Shown here piece by piece: positions 24,300-38,192 of a stretch of DNA of 64,000 nucleotides; within the stretch, counting starts at the first letter, position 1; every line of letters begins with the position of its first letter. The position numbers were made by a program, and so were the translations under genes. The notes under the pieces are model-generated. The model saw only the letters and a program-made list of their open reading frames with translations, made no database searches and was not told the DNA's origin. The stretch covers positions 310,001 to 374,000 of the forward strand of contig NW_026250414.1 of the NCBI RefSeq assembly GCF_024521635.1. The letters are read 5' to 3'. The DNA is from Tricharina praecox. Its lineage: Eukaryota.

Positions 24300-25808
24300 C
24301 CGGTAACGATAATGATGACCGACACACCCCGCACGAATAGGTATAGCGAATAGTTCTGGCCGAGGATCACCGCCGAGTTTGCGAATGGATACGGTATGCT
24401 CGTTTCCCTGGGGGGAATAGAGTATCGGCCACAGAACGCAGCATGATCAACATGTACGGGAGAACGAGGCGACCAGCGGCGGAGAAGCATCGCGAACTCC
24501 GGAGCATGATCGCAAGTTTGTTGGTTGCTTTTCCATTAGTATCCGATGTTTTGCAGAATCGCCTATCCGGTTGGAATCTTGGGCGAATCGAAGACTCAGG
24601 TTCGTCTGAGTCACCCACGACTCCGAAGGATCACATCCTTATTGAGGCGGGGCCGTACGATGCTGTTCTCGGAATAGGTAGGTGTATCGATCCTGGATTC
24701 CTATATATTGCGGTGCTCAGACACAAAGTTAGCTTTGTAACTGCGCATCTGCCCGCTGCGGGGTATCCATCAACACCAGGCCACCAGCCGTCACTCGGCA
24801 GTTGTTCCACCGCTAAGCCTCACACAAACGTTTCACTTCTTCCAACCCCCATTGAAGCATAATGACCTCGCCAAGTGAAGATGTTGAGAGGGTCGATGCT
24901 CCCGTTGGCACACATGCTGTGGAACGCCGTGTCGGTGCGTCGAGGTACTTCGGTTTCCGTTTTCGCTGCTGTCGATGGAGGTCTAGGTATCTACTGGCGG
25001 GTTCAGAGTACACTATATGCAAGTGCAGGGGATCTTCGCTGAAAGCGGGGGCAGCGTCCACAAGGGGGGTTTTTATGGACTGAGAACTTCTGTCATAAGT
25101 CTACAAGGCTCGCTTTCGGGTGATCCGATGACCCTTCCATCCTTCCTTCATTCCTCCCGCAATTAATACGACTCGAAAATCGTTCGTTGTTTGTTTGGTG
25201 GAACACGCATGTACCCGTCCAATCGGCTTTGCAGTTTCGAATGACACAAACGCCAATCCCGTCAAAACGATAAGCTTAGATCCCCGCAGCGGGAAGGAGT
25301 GCGCACAGATTGTCAGCCCGCGTATCCAAAGGCCGATCATCGGTGGCCGCAGTACATGCATGTTTCAACATCACTAGGCAACAGCTTCGCTCTGGTCCAG
25401 TCATTGCTGTGCGAGGTATACTGACGCAGATATCAACATGTTGTTCCCGAATCCCCCAGCAAATGGCCGTTGGGTTTTGGTTCAGAATGAAGGGAAGACA
25501 TGGGTTTCCATTCGATGGCTCAGATGTTAACCGTCATGCAACCGGCCCGGAATACGAAGGAGGGGGGAATACTCAGCCGGCCGACTGCGGAGGATTGAGG
25601 GTGAAGGGCGGACTGTGGGGCTCTTCTGAGGAATGGACGGTGGACCATAAAGCTCGACGGGGCTGCGCGGAAAAGAGCGGAGGTTCGCCATCGGAATCAA
25701 GCTCTCCTCCTTAGAAACATCGCATTGCTTTCAACTTCAAATCTTCCACAGCTTCAATTCGCTCCATCATAACCTCAATACCTCCTTCCTCCGAGAAGTA
25801 TTGCCGCC

Positions 25809-28263
25809 ATGTCTGCTGGCAGTTCAAGTCGAGCTGAGGGCTTCGGTGGTGGTGGTAGTGGTGGTGGTGGTGGTGGTGGTGGCGGTGGCGGCGGACATCG
25901 AGCCTCAGCCAGTTCGGGTTCCGAAAGCAGCTCTGAATTTGAACATATCTACAATAGTAATCCCTTCCATGGATCTAGGCTTGATCACCCGCTGACAGCT
26001 GTGCGTCATATGTAGGTCCCCAATCAGCGTCCTGGAGCACCGATGGTATAGAGTCGCTCGGCAGCACCGAACAAGCCCAGATTCTCAGCATCATCGATGG
26101 CATCCGCGATAGCAACGTCTCCAAAGAGATCGATTTCCCACGCCTGGTCGTGTGTGGCGACCAATCTTCCGGCAAGTCCTCGGTGCTGCAGGCCATCGCC
26201 GGAATCCCCTTCCCACACAGCAGTGACCAATGCACCCGCTTCGCAACCGAAGTGATCCTGAAGCGGTCATCCTTCGTGGGTGTTACAGTCAGCATCAAGT
26301 CCTACAACACCAAGGAGACCACCGTCTTCAAGACAAAGAGAGACTTGACCTCGGTAGACGACCTTTCGGAAGTCATCAGGAAGGCCGGCGATAAGATGGA
26401 GCGTACCGGCGCCTTCTCGAAGGATATCCTGCAGATCGAGATATCCGACCCCACGAAGAAACCGCTGATTCTGGTCGATCTTCCGGGATTGATCCACAAT
26501 GGTCCGGACGAGGCCGTTGTGGTTGGAATGGTTGAGGATTACATGAAGAATACGCGCACTGTCATCCTGGCAGTGGTGACGGCTGGAGGCGATCCGGACC
26601 CGCAGGCGGTTCTCAAGTTGGCCAAGATCCACGACCCCGAAGGCCGGCGGACGTTTGGAATCATTACCAAGCCCGACAAGAGCGACGGGAATACCAACCT
26701 ACAAAGAAGGCTCATCGGTATGGCGAAGAACTTGGACAAGAATTTCAAGTTCGATCTGGGGTGGCATGTGCTTATGAACGGCGCCGCAAACGACGGAGAG
26801 CAGCAGCTCGACTTGGAAAAACGAGCGAAAGAAGAGAAGAGGTTTTTCGAAGCCGGGCCATGGTCTGGTGTCCCGAAAGGCAATTGCTGCATCGGACCCC
26901 TTCGCCAACGGCTAAGCACCATGCTGCTCGACCATGTGAAGCAGGAGTTGAAGGGGATCAAAGGGGACATCAGCGCGGCCATTGCGAGATGCCAAAAGGA
27001 GCGCGCCGATATGGGAGAGTTACATCAAGACCTTCCCTCAAAACGGAATTTTCTCGTCGAGACCGGGAAGAAGTACCACAAGATCTGCAACCAGGCGATT
27101 ACGGGTCTCTATACCACTTCACGTTTCTTCGGGACAGGATTCTCGAGCAACCCTGAAGATGATGCGCTTTACCTGAGGGGTAGGATAAAGAATCTCAACG
27201 TCGCTTTCGCCTACACCTTCTGGAAGTATGGCCACCACAAGGAAATCGAGGACTGCAGCTTGATCCCACAGGGCCTGATAGACACCGACGAGTCAACCGA
27301 CCATTTCGATGATTGCCGGGTGGAGCCTGACGAGATCACACGGAAGTACGCGGTCGTTGACTGGGTTAAGCCCGTTGCAAAGAAATCCCGGGGAGTCGAA
27401 ATCGTCGACGGACGCAATCCCACCCTCGTCAAATTCCTATTCTGCGAGCAATCGCAGAAATGGGAAACACTAGCTTACCGCCATCTCGACGAATGCTCCG
27501 CCGCATGCCGGAAGTTCCTGCGACTCGTCCTCGAAGCGGTTGTGCCCGAAGCACGGGAGGAGATCCGGGATTCTCTGCACGATTGGATCGACAGGAAGCT
27601 GGAAAGGAGGGTCGCCGATGCCAAGCGGGAGATGGCGAGCATCATTGCCGACTGCCGCGACTGCTTTCCCATCGTGAATAACTACCAGTATTACGATGAG
27701 GTGGGCATTGCACGAGTGAAACGCGCAGGAAATGGAAGCGCCCGGCAAACCATCACCAGCCTGAGGCACACCTTGGGCTCCGTTGTGGGACTTCCCACGC
27801 AGGCCGAATTGGTGAGCGGGCTTACGGAGGTGATAGGTTCACTCGACGGAGACGCCGAGGAAGTACATGAAGATCCCGAGGATCAACGGTGCGAGGCTTC
27901 GTTGGATGAGATGCTGGCATACTACAAGGTGGGACATCATCCCTCCGTCTCCAGGGGCATACCACTGATATCAAGTCTAGACCGCAAGCAGACGCTTCGT
28001 GGATGACGTTGTTGTTCAGGTTATCGAGCGCAAACTGGTGGCCGAGTTGGACGAAACCTTTTCTGCCTACGAAGCTGCGGTTATGACAGACGAGGAGGTT
28101 GCCAACATCGTCCAGGAGTCGCCGTATAAACAACAGAAGATCAACGAGCTGAATGTCAGACTGAAGAGTCTCGAGAGGGCTGCTGACGCTTGTAGACGGT
28201 ACTCGAGATGGTATGTCCATCCCAACCTTGGCATAGTTTGAGCAGTTACTGACAGATGCTAGA
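25809..28263 (+). CDS. Dynamin-superfamily (Mx-like) GTPase with C-terminal GED
   Basis: G1 GDQSSGKSS, G2 CTRF, G3 DLPG, G4 TKPD and LGWHVL. Poly-Gly first exon from ATG 25809. Introns ~25957-26014, 27929-27980, 28211-28262. GED-like RFVDDVVVQVIERKL. Confidence 0.88.
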
Positions 28264-29231
28264 AACCGGTAATTACCTGGGTTTAACGGCTCCCTAGATA
28301 CTGGCAGAACTAAGGATCAATTGAGTGTGTGTGTATGCTTTCCGTCGTGTTTTTGGGCTTTCTCTGTTTACTAGTGCATGGCGTTTCTTTTGGATGGGGG
28401 AGCTTTATATTGAATTCATTTCCTATTTCGTCTGTGTTTTGTTTCTCGTGGAAGCTGTTTTACTTGCAGAAGTTTCGTTTCTTGTACCAGTACATTGAGT
28501 AGACGCTTTGACATCTAATGAAGTCGTTTCCGAATGAAGTATCTTGTGAATACCCAAGTGTGCAACCACACACTGTCACTCGGAGTGCCTAAAGATCACG
28601 CTTGCAGGACAGTAAAAAACGAGATTACAGAGCATCTACTATATCATTCTGTTACCGGCCGTGATTAGGGAAGCCCTTCTCTGGCGATTGTCCAGTTATG
28701 CTACCTACATACTGTCGGTCCCAGCCCGGACTACCTAAGAAGGCACCCAAGTTTGCCGGTCTAAAGCATCCAGTAGCGGCTCTGGCCATATCCCACCCGT
28801 CGCTTGAACCCCGGTCTATCCTTCCTCAGTGCCCACAACTCGCACAGCAGCAGCATCCACCACATAGAATTCTCTCCAGCTACATGACAGAAGCAAAGGA
28901 TGAAACCCCCGCAAAGATGATGTACGCCAAGAGGCTCCGATACTCACTCCGTATGGTTCGTGGCCGCAACGGTTGCAGTAGATACTCTACCTACGATCGT
29001 GCGGAACTCGACGAGGTGCCGAGTGAGAGGCTATGACCGGTCTCCTCCACCGGTTTGCCAGTCAGCTTGTGCCATGCAGGACCACGACTACTACGTAAAG
29101 TACAAATTACACACAACGGCTAAGCCCCACTGATAGTTAGCGGCTATGGCGGACTACATAATATCGAGGTTGAAGTCCAGAGATGGCACTCTAATAGCCA
29201 CCGGTCCAACAAAAACTACGGTACTCTCTAG

Positions 29232-30282
29232 CAGACCCTCCAACAGTTTGAACTGGGAACAATCCAGGGGTGTTCCCGAACCAACCAACTTTTGGGGGTA
29301 GTGAACTGAATCAACTGGCAAATTGAACCAACTGTCAAACTGAACCAACTGCCAGGTTTCGAACTGGGAAAACTACTTGTTCTATCAGTTCAGTGAGGCT
29401 TAAAAGTTAGGGCCAAATCCGTCGCCACCACAAACCCACCGGCAAACCGCCTAGGTACAACTCACCACCTAGTCGGGCAATATGGGGCATTGTGCCCCGC
29501 TTGATGAGCTCCTAGACTATTGTTCACTGTCTGTCGAGAGGAAGGTTCGCAACAGCCCCGCTGCTATCGAATGGTGATTGGAACTGTTGGAAGGTGTGGC
29601 GAATCACCTTTAATACCAGCATTATACAGAGGTGTCGGTGGTCAGCGGCGGCGGCGCCGGCAGGTACGTAGTCGCCGGCAGGAGGATATAATAGTCGGTA
29701 GATAGCTGTCAATGAAAGGACAACTCGCATACAAAACATCATACCTTCGAGTGAAACTATTTCTCGTGCCTTTCAGCAGGAACCCTTTCAGCAACGACGT
29801 TTCCTAACCTCAGCTGAATGGCGATTGACATTCTGTCTATCCCAGCCATATCCGCTGAGGTTGAACGGCTGTTGTCCGAGTGCAAGAGGATTCCTAGATC
29901 ATCGGCATTCCCTCAGCATCGAGAGTATTGAAGTTCTGGAGAGTATCAAGAGCTTCAATCGCTGAAATGATGGGTAGGTAGCATTAGAGTAGTAATTCAG
30001 AACTGTGACCATGCAAAAATAGTAGTGAACCCAGTTTTTATCGCTTTTTCTGTGACCATAGGAACCTATCTCACCCACTTTGGTTGGCCTAGCTGAACTG
30101 GTAGTTCATCCGCTGAACTGAATACAGTTCTGCCAGTTTTTCCGGGAACAGCTGCCAGACCTACCTAAACAAACTGGGAACTGACAGCCTCTGTTCCCAA
30201 CTGAACCGGGAACAAAATCAACCAGAACTGAACTGTTTAAACCAGTGTTCCCATTTCAACTGACTAACTGTTGGAGGGTCTG
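29232..30282 (+). mobile_element. Non-autonomous hAT DNA transposon, 1051 bp
   Basis: Perfect 17-bp TIR CAGACCCTCCAACAGTT and 8-bp TSD CTCTCTAG (29224-29231, 30283-30290). Many subterminal AACTG repeats. Dimerization-domain remnant FPNLS*MAIDILSIPAISAEVERLLSECKR at ~29800-29890. Confidence 0.93.
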
Positions 30283-31152
30283 CTCTCTAGTAGCGTAGGC
30301 CGCTTGCTTCTCTCCTTCCTAGTAACCGCAACTGTCTGCCAGTGAGAGCTCCCATCAATAGTACTCTACGGTGAAGACCCCTCTTGATTACACGTTTTGC
30401 TATAGGAACTTTGGCGGCAATGGGGAAGGTTCTCGGGAGGAAACATGGCATTCTAGTATTTGGTTCTCGAGGAAGGATTAGAACGTCACATTGGACCACA
30501 CTATAGTAGTACCAGTACATAATCTGTAGTTGGTAATCTTAATGAAGTGGGTTGCGAGGGCTACAATATCTCGTTCGACTTGCTGCATTTTCAAGGGAAG
30601 AGTACATACACATCCTATATAGGTACGGTAAAAGATCCTACGGGCATGTTATGTGGCAGGTACGATCGCAGCTATTAGCCCCACTGGAGGTCTAAGTAGC
30701 AAGTACTCTGCACTCGTGAGTCGTGAGAACACATAATGTAGGTACTCAATTACATTGTGCCTACGTACTCGGCTTCTCTGTTGAGTAACATGTATCCCCG
30801 ATCGCCTGGCATAATAAGCCATTTTGAAACGAAAGCAAACCATTTCCACCACGAACGCCGCCCCCCGCCCCGCCCCTCCCAGGTCATCTCATCTAGTGAT
30901 ACAGCCACCCGCAAAATTAATGTGTACACGGTATATAGTCAAGCGAAATAGAAGAATGAGAAGATGCAAAATTCGCAAAGAAACCCCTCCAGAATCTAAT
31001 TCAGTATGCAAGTAGTGAAAAAAAAACGACCCAGTGTGTATCGGACTATGAAAGCAAAGCAAAAAAAAAACCTCCAACAAAGCTAGCACAAACAATGAGC
31101 TGCATCCCTCTTCCATCCCGATTCTCCACTCACAATTCTGTCCATCACCTAC

Positions 31153-34100
31153 CTAAGTATTGGCGCCGCTGGCAGAGGTTCCCAACTGAGCAGTCCTCGC
31201 CTTCTCCTTGCGAATAGCTCCCTTCCGGCCGCGAACAACCTTCTTGGCAAGATCGACCAGCTCTTTAGCTTCGGTGCTCTCTCTCAAACTCTCCAACATC
31301 AAGTTGAGCTGCGTCTCCGACGCCATGTGCGGGCAACGTTTGGTAAAGTGCGCAGTCTTGCAGAACGGGCACAGCTCGACTCCGCTCTGCTTGAACGAGC
31401 AGGTGCCCGGTGCGTGGTGGTGGTGGCAGGCGCGGCAACAAGGGAATTTGGGGTTGTCCGTTGGCGGGATTATGGTGGCTCGTTGGAATTGCGAAGGGTG
31501 GTTTTCGGGAACGGGAGGCGCCAGTGGAAACATCGTTTGCATGGTGCCCGAGAGGGGCAGAGCATTCTGGTACATAGACCTATTGAGAGCCATAAGAGGA
31601 GGCAGGTAGGTGTAGGGCACAGGAGCATTTGGAGCCATGTGGGGAGGCATGGTGTGATTCGGAGGAGCCATTGAAGCCATATGAGGAGGCGGGTAGGTGT
31701 AGAGCACAGGAGCATTGGGAGCCATGTGGGGAGGCATAGTGTGATTCGGAGGAGCCATTGAAGCCATATGAGGAGGCGGGTATGGGTATGGCACAGTAGC
31801 ATTGGGAGGCATATGGGTAGGCATGGTGTGATTCGGAGGAGCCATTGAAGCCATATGAGGAGGCGGGTATGGATATGGCACAGTAGCATTGGGAGGCATA
31901 TGGGTAGGCATGGTGTGATTCGGAGGAACCATTGAAGCCATGTGAGCCACGGGAGTCATAGACGACGGCTTTCTGCGACCATTGCCGACGCCGGCTATCA
32001 TCAAATCGTGTTTATCCACATCCTCATGGCCACTCTGCGAGTCGTCCGATTCTTGAGCTTTATCGTCGGTATGGAAGTCGGTGTCATTATCGTCGTCGTC
32101 CGCATTTCCATCTTCAATTGCGTACTTGGCAACGGTCTTACGACGGCGGCCCCTTCCTAACTCCTCTTGCTTCGCGGCTGCCTCTTTATTCGCAATCTCT
32201 TCACGTTCCTTCACGATCCGATCCCAGAATGCCACTTCTACCGTATCGTCGTTTCCGGATTCCATTGCAAAGTCGGTTTCTTCGAGAGTGCCCTTCTCAT
32301 TCGCCCACACTCTTGCAAAGCTGAACGTACCGCCGGCATTATCCTCTGCAGCCTTAGTTTCTTCGATCTGAGATCGATCAAGCAGTTTGTCGACACTTTC
32401 GTTGTCGTACTTGATGGCCCGGTCGTCATTATCGTCTTCGAAAAGACGCTTCGCACCGAAGGCGAGAATGCTTTCCACGTCAAAGGCGTCTAGCTCCCCA
32501 CTCTCGTCGTCACCCATTCTCTCAATGATCAAGTGGTCAAGAGACTTCTTCTTCTTGCCCACCTGCATGATCTTTTCCTCGACGGTGTCTCGCGTCATCA
32601 GGTGGAAGACAAGCACCTTATGCTTCTGCCCGATTCTGTGTGCTCGCGAGAGGGCTTGCATGTCTGAATGCGGGTTGTGATCCGGATCCAGAATGATGAC
32701 CGTGTCCGCTGTTGCCAAGTTGATGCCGACACCACCAGCTCTGGTGGACAATAGAAAAGCGAAGTAGTCAGAGTCAGGAGCGTTAAACTCATCAATGGCC
32801 TTCTGCTTGTTTAGACTGCTGACATTGCCATCCAGTCGGTACCACTTAAGTCCCAGTGCAACCAGAAAATCCTCCATCACATCAAGCATTCCCAGGAATT
32901 GGGAGAAAATCAAGACACGATGTCCTCGTTCCTTGAGTTTCGGCAGCATGATATTCAAAAGCCCGAGCTTCGACCCAGCCTCCACCAAGTTCCGATGGAT
33001 GAGTTCATTAGAGTCATCCTCGTTGATCTCCTCTATAGCTCTACTATAGACGAATGGATGGCAGACGCACTTCCGAAGCTGCATTAGCAAGTTGCGGACC
33101 CCCCCTTTCTCGCTCTTGCCGAGCTTGCCGTCACGCGAAAGAAGGGAACGAATCATCTTTGCGTCCTTCTCGAGGATTGACTTGTATAGACTCTTCTGCA
33201 AAGCAGTCATAGAGATAGGTACAATGACCTCAGCCATGGGCGGAAGATCGGTAAGCACTTGCGCCTTCGTACGCCTCAGAAAGTACGGCCTGCTCTTATC
33301 AATACATGGTTTCTCTGCAGGAAGTAGTTTAGACTGACCGGATGAGAGTATGCAGCTTCGGGACATTCTCGACCGTTGGAATCCCGAATTCGTCCTCCAA
33401 TCCTTGGGCGTTCATATCCTTCGGATTGAGGAATTGCAGCATGTTGAACAGCTCCCTCGGATTGTTCTGCAAGGGCGTCCCAGAAAGAAGTACCTTGTGC
33501 GTGTTGGTATACTTCATTAGCTCGACATGGAGCTGGGCCTTTTCGTTCTTTAGACATTGTCCCTCATCCACAATTAGAGCCTGCCATGGAATTTTTCGCA
33601 GCATTGTAGCATCGGAGACGGGGGTCGTGTAAGACGTCACGACGATGTGGCACTTCAATTTTCCATCCTGTCCAAACATTTCATATTGGCGCTTTGGGAG
33701 GAATCAGCGATGATCTTGAACGACGGATGAGCCTATTACTTACCGCATGTTTGCGACCAACTTCAGTCCCGTAGTAGGCCACTACCCGAAGGGAAGGGGC
33801 CCAAGTCCGAATCTCTCGTTTCCTACACTTGGATTAGATATCGCTGAAACCCAATGATTGGGTGTCGACGACGAAGACAAACCAGTTCGGCACAGTCGAC
33901 TGCGGGGCGACCACCAAGAAAGGCCAGATTTTATGCTCTTCAAACAAAACAGACAAGAACGAAATGATCTGAATGGTCTTTCCCAGTCCCATTTCATCTG
34001 CCAAAATCACATTCTGTCCGGCCCACCATTTGTAGTAGAGCCAACTACACTGCGTCAGTTCAAGTTCAAAATTAGGTCGATGGATACTCACTTCATGCCC

Positions 34101-36301
34101 TCCTTCTGGTAGTCCATCAAAGTACCGCCTTTTATGTACCTGGGCTGTCCGGCCAGTTCAAGCGTGTCGAATGGGGAGCGACGGGCCTTTTCAATCTTCT
34201 TGACCAGATTGTGGGCCGGGCGTACATACAACCCATGCACGTAGTCGTAGTAGGCAGACTTCCAATCAGCCCACCTATCCCCATCAGATTCCAAGGGCGG
34301 GCTGTCCCAAACGACTTCGTCATACCCGAGACCCTTATATTTAATAAGGGCCTTAGCGACCTCCCTCACCCGAGCCAGGTCCACATTGACGTCCTTCCCA
34401 ACAGGAACGTAGCTAGTGTATTCTAGCCTGAGAATTATCTCCACCCGCAACCATGACTCGTCGATGGCTTTCTCCTGGCTCAGGATGGCATACGGATTAT
34501 TCTTCAAAAATCCGAGTCGGCGATAAGGGAAGGCACCAGTCAGCCACGGGCCAGGAACCCATTTCACATGGAAATAGGACTGCCCGTCGAACTTGACTAA
34601 GTACTCCCGCTCATCTTCAGTGAAATCAGCGAGACTGAGTGCACGCTCGTCCCACGCGGCAGGATCAATCGGACGCCAAGCGGTGATCTTGTCTATCTTG
34701 CCTGGTGCTCTTACGCAGTCCAGGCATGTGAACGCTGCGTAGTTGGTCGAGTCCCGCTCTGGAAGATGGTCGTAATGCCATGCTCGAGAACATCCTTGAC
34801 AACGAAACAATACGTTCCCGGGAGCATAAAGACCCTTATCAGGAACGTCGATGTCAGGTGACAATGCTCTTCCATCTTGCGCCTTTATTTTGGCCTCGCT
34901 TAATGGCTTGAAAGGTTCACACGAGTCTCCTTGAGCCCCACAATCTGTGCACCGATCCCACGACGCTTGGAGATGATCCTTCAGCTTCGGCCTTCCTATG
35001 CAGCGCTTGCACTGAAGCACAAAATTGGTGCTGGACACCTTGGTAACAAGATGCTCACGCGCATTTCGCAGTCCAATGCAGGCTTTGTGGTAGGAAGCCG
35101 AGCAGCCCTGACAAAAGATCAAGTGGCCTTGTTTATCCGAGGGACCCGACTTTTGGCAAGTCTCACAATGTAGATTATGAACCTGGACGAACTCGTCATC
35201 GTCAGGAAAAATCGGAAATATCTCTTTCGAACGTGTGAGTTTTGGTTTCGGGGGAGCTTTGGGTTGTGGCTCTTCGGTGTACTCGTATTCGTCTTCCGGG
35301 ACCGGCTCAGCGTAGTTTTGGTGACGCCGGGTTCTACCCGACCGTCTCGCTTGTTCGTCCTCGCTACGGTGATACTCCGATTCATCGCTCACCTCTTTTG
35401 CCTTTCCATTCGATTTTCTGGCCGACCTGCGCTGCGACTTTTTACGCGGAAGATCAATGATATTATCGTCGTCGTCCGACTGCGGGCCTCTCTTGAAAGA
35501 GAGCATCGAGGGCCCTTCCTTTAGTCCCTTCGACCGTGTAGCGCGCCCTCCATCGTCCTGCTCTACTATGGCTTTCTCTTTTGTCGTCTCCTTCAGAGTA
35601 GCTAACCGCCTTGTTCCCCGAAGTTTGAGGAGATTTCGCTGGCGTTGTGCTCGCTCAGGAGGAGGGCGTGACAACCAATCTTCCTCCGCCTCTGTACCTC
35701 CGGTTGTAGAATGGTCGTAATCTAATTGGGCTTCACCCTCCGGTTCATCTTCATCTTCGTCGTCATCGTGTTTGCCGCTTAGAAAGTCATTGAGAGCTTT
35801 TTTTCCGTTATCGAGAGAGGCGAGGCGTTCGAAAGACAGCTGGAAGCACTATTTAGCGACAGCCCACACTCCCGACACCTAAATCCCAAGGATAGAAATC
35901 ACTGAAAGTCTTACTTCGGCCTCTTTGCCGTTCTCGAAGCGCACCCAGTACCGGAGTGAGTAGTCATTTGCTCTGATCTCTCGGGTGACCCGAACAAGCT
36001 TTGAGTCTTCTAGATCATCGCCATCGCTCCCCGTGTCCTCGTCGCCTTCACTCTCCGCCTTGTTTCTGTCATCATCCGAGCCTTCTACAAGCTTCTCGTA
36101 TTCGTTTGGGTGAGCTCCCTTGCCCGACAACGTGGGAGGAATGATGCTCACAAGCATCTGTCGTTTGGGCAATCCAGTTGTCTGGATGCTTGTCTCAGCA
36201 GAAGAAGAGTGAACACTCACGCCGCGCTCCGGTACATCGACCTCCATCATGTCGACCTCATCAACTTCCGAGTAGCCCGCTCCGCAATCCGAGTCATCCA
36301 T
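31153..36301 (-). CDS. CHD/Mi-2-type SNF2 chromatin remodeler (Mit1-like)
   Basis: PHD-like fingers (CETC...CQGC..SYH..C), chromo-like regions, [47 protein letters not shown] and a C-terminal Cys/His cluster. Multi-exon; start codon uncertain. Confidence 0.88.
31598..31945 (-). repeat. 87-bp coding tandem repeat x4 ([29 protein letters not shown])
   Basis: Equivalent positions at 31676, 31763, 31850 and 31937. Confidence 0.93.
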
Positions 36302-38109
36302 CAGGTCGTGTATCTCAGGTTTGATACGATGTGTACGAGTGAATTGAATGTGGGAAGGGATAGCGAAAGCGACCGAGGAGTTTTCGGAGCTTGTCGGCGA
36401 CGTAGGATATCGAGGGGTATCGATGGTGTGGCTTGTTGTGGGGGTGGGGGAAGAGATGGAGCCTGGAGGGATTGACGCGTCTGTCCTTTCGAGGTCATGG
36501 TGTCTGCTCTCGTGACCGTGACTAGCGTGTTTGCAAAGACAGGTGGTCCGTGCGTTCGGCTGGCACGTGATCTTGCACGTGACAACCGATCTGAGCTCCC
36601 TATGAATCTATGATGGGTGCTGTATTGTGGGAGTGATTCTGATTGTCTAATATACTTTGTCTATGGATACATTCCGGCGAAGATCAAACTGGAGGTATGT
36701 ACATAACTGGCTATGACCAGCTCGGACTCGAGAATCGAACCGGCCGCGGCCTGCAGTCTACCGGTAGATGTAAAGGTCTCGAGGAAAAGAAGCACATGTA
36801 TATACCCCGGATCCGTATACAAAGGTATGTATCTACTAGCGGTGAGGGCCAGATGGGACGAACGACTGTAGCTACCTGCGGCGGTCTCCCGTTGTTACTC
36901 TAGATGGACGTTTCCATAACCTCCATACTGCTCCCGGCTCTCCTCGAGGGGACGGAACCGATGTTCGTGCACGATACATTTCCCCTCGAGCCATGGTCTA
37001 AGATGTTCTCGCCATAGCGTTCCAACGAACAGTCAATCCGGTTTTGAAGAGGGTTTCGAGGACATTGCTTCTTGCACTTGCACCTGGGATTGGTATGTTT
37101 GTACATATACGTGCAAAACCTATGTACAATCAGGGTCTCCGCAAACGTCTCATCTGCCTATCTCTTTGTCCGGCGAATACATGGGCGATTGGAGCTATAC
37201 ATCATTTAGCGCAATGGCACAGTCACAGTGATCACTCATCCACAGACCCAAAAAGCACAGGGACTGCTATGTAGGCTCTACATACCAGCTACAGAGCTAC
37301 TCATTGCTCAAGTACTATATACCGGTATAGCACAGTGACTTCGCCCATTGCACCAATGCATGGCTCTGGTCATATGGATCTGGTCATATGGATCTGCAGC
37401 ACAAAGCTTTGGACGGAACATCCGGTCATCAACGGTGGCACTGCGGAATCCGGCAAGAAATTCACTCCTGCAGCGATGATATGTACCGGCATCCGAATAC
37501 GAATGGTTCGGGAAACGCTGGACCACCTGGTGTCATGACCCTGCGCACGTCTCAAGGGTTCATAGTCCCAAAGCATGCATAGCGCTACCGAACTCTCCGT
37601 ATTCCGGGTCTGATGGCACCAAGGCGTACCTACCGTCCCTACGTCTCGCTCGGACGGAAGCTGGGATCTCTGGGCGTTTAGGCGATTCTGTAGGCGACCC
37701 GCGGACGGCCATTCCAATATCCATACACATCAAGCATGACTTCGATAGTGTGGAGCAGCAACCTGGTAGACGGTCAGTAGAGTAGGTACTCGTATGCATA
37801 CCCGCCACGATTATATAGAGGTTGATTCCATCCCTTGCCATAAGCTTAAGAACCTTTTGATTCGTGGCCTTCACTCAGGAACAGACTCTACTGTGTAGAG
37901 TACAAAGTCCGATAGTACCGTTATCCTTTTCCCTCGACCGGGACCTAGGGTTACGGATGATTTCTGTTCGGGATTCCTTCTGTCTGTCGACAACTCGACG
38001 TCATATTGGGGTCGCCGGTCGCCCAGGGAAGTTGGAATCACGGTCACTCTATTTCAAGCAGAGACGGCTTAGAGTCCAGACCGTCAGATGAGAAAAGGGC
38101 TCCTGTCCA

Positions 38110-38192
38110 GCAGCTGACTGAAGAGTAGCCGACTGAAGAATGGTCGGCTGAAGAGTGGCCGACTGAAGAGCGGTTGACTGAAGAAACGACTG
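38110..38192 (+). repeat. 15-bp degenerate tandem repeat, ~5 copies
   Basis: GACTGAAGA core recurs every 15 nt. Confidence 0.75.

Noticed and set aside
23400-25100. Short minus-strand ORF fragments with protein-like composition
   Set aside because: Interrupted, with no family I can recognise; possibly a pseudogene but unsupported.
24295-28663. Imperfect inverted repeat (CACtGCCGGTAAC..AATGAT / ATCATT..GTTACCGGCcGTG) bracketing the dynamin gene, as if it were TE cargo
   Set aside because: No TSD, the left copy overlaps the MITE TIR, and the same GCCGGTAACGAT word occurs by chance in eRF1 exon 1.
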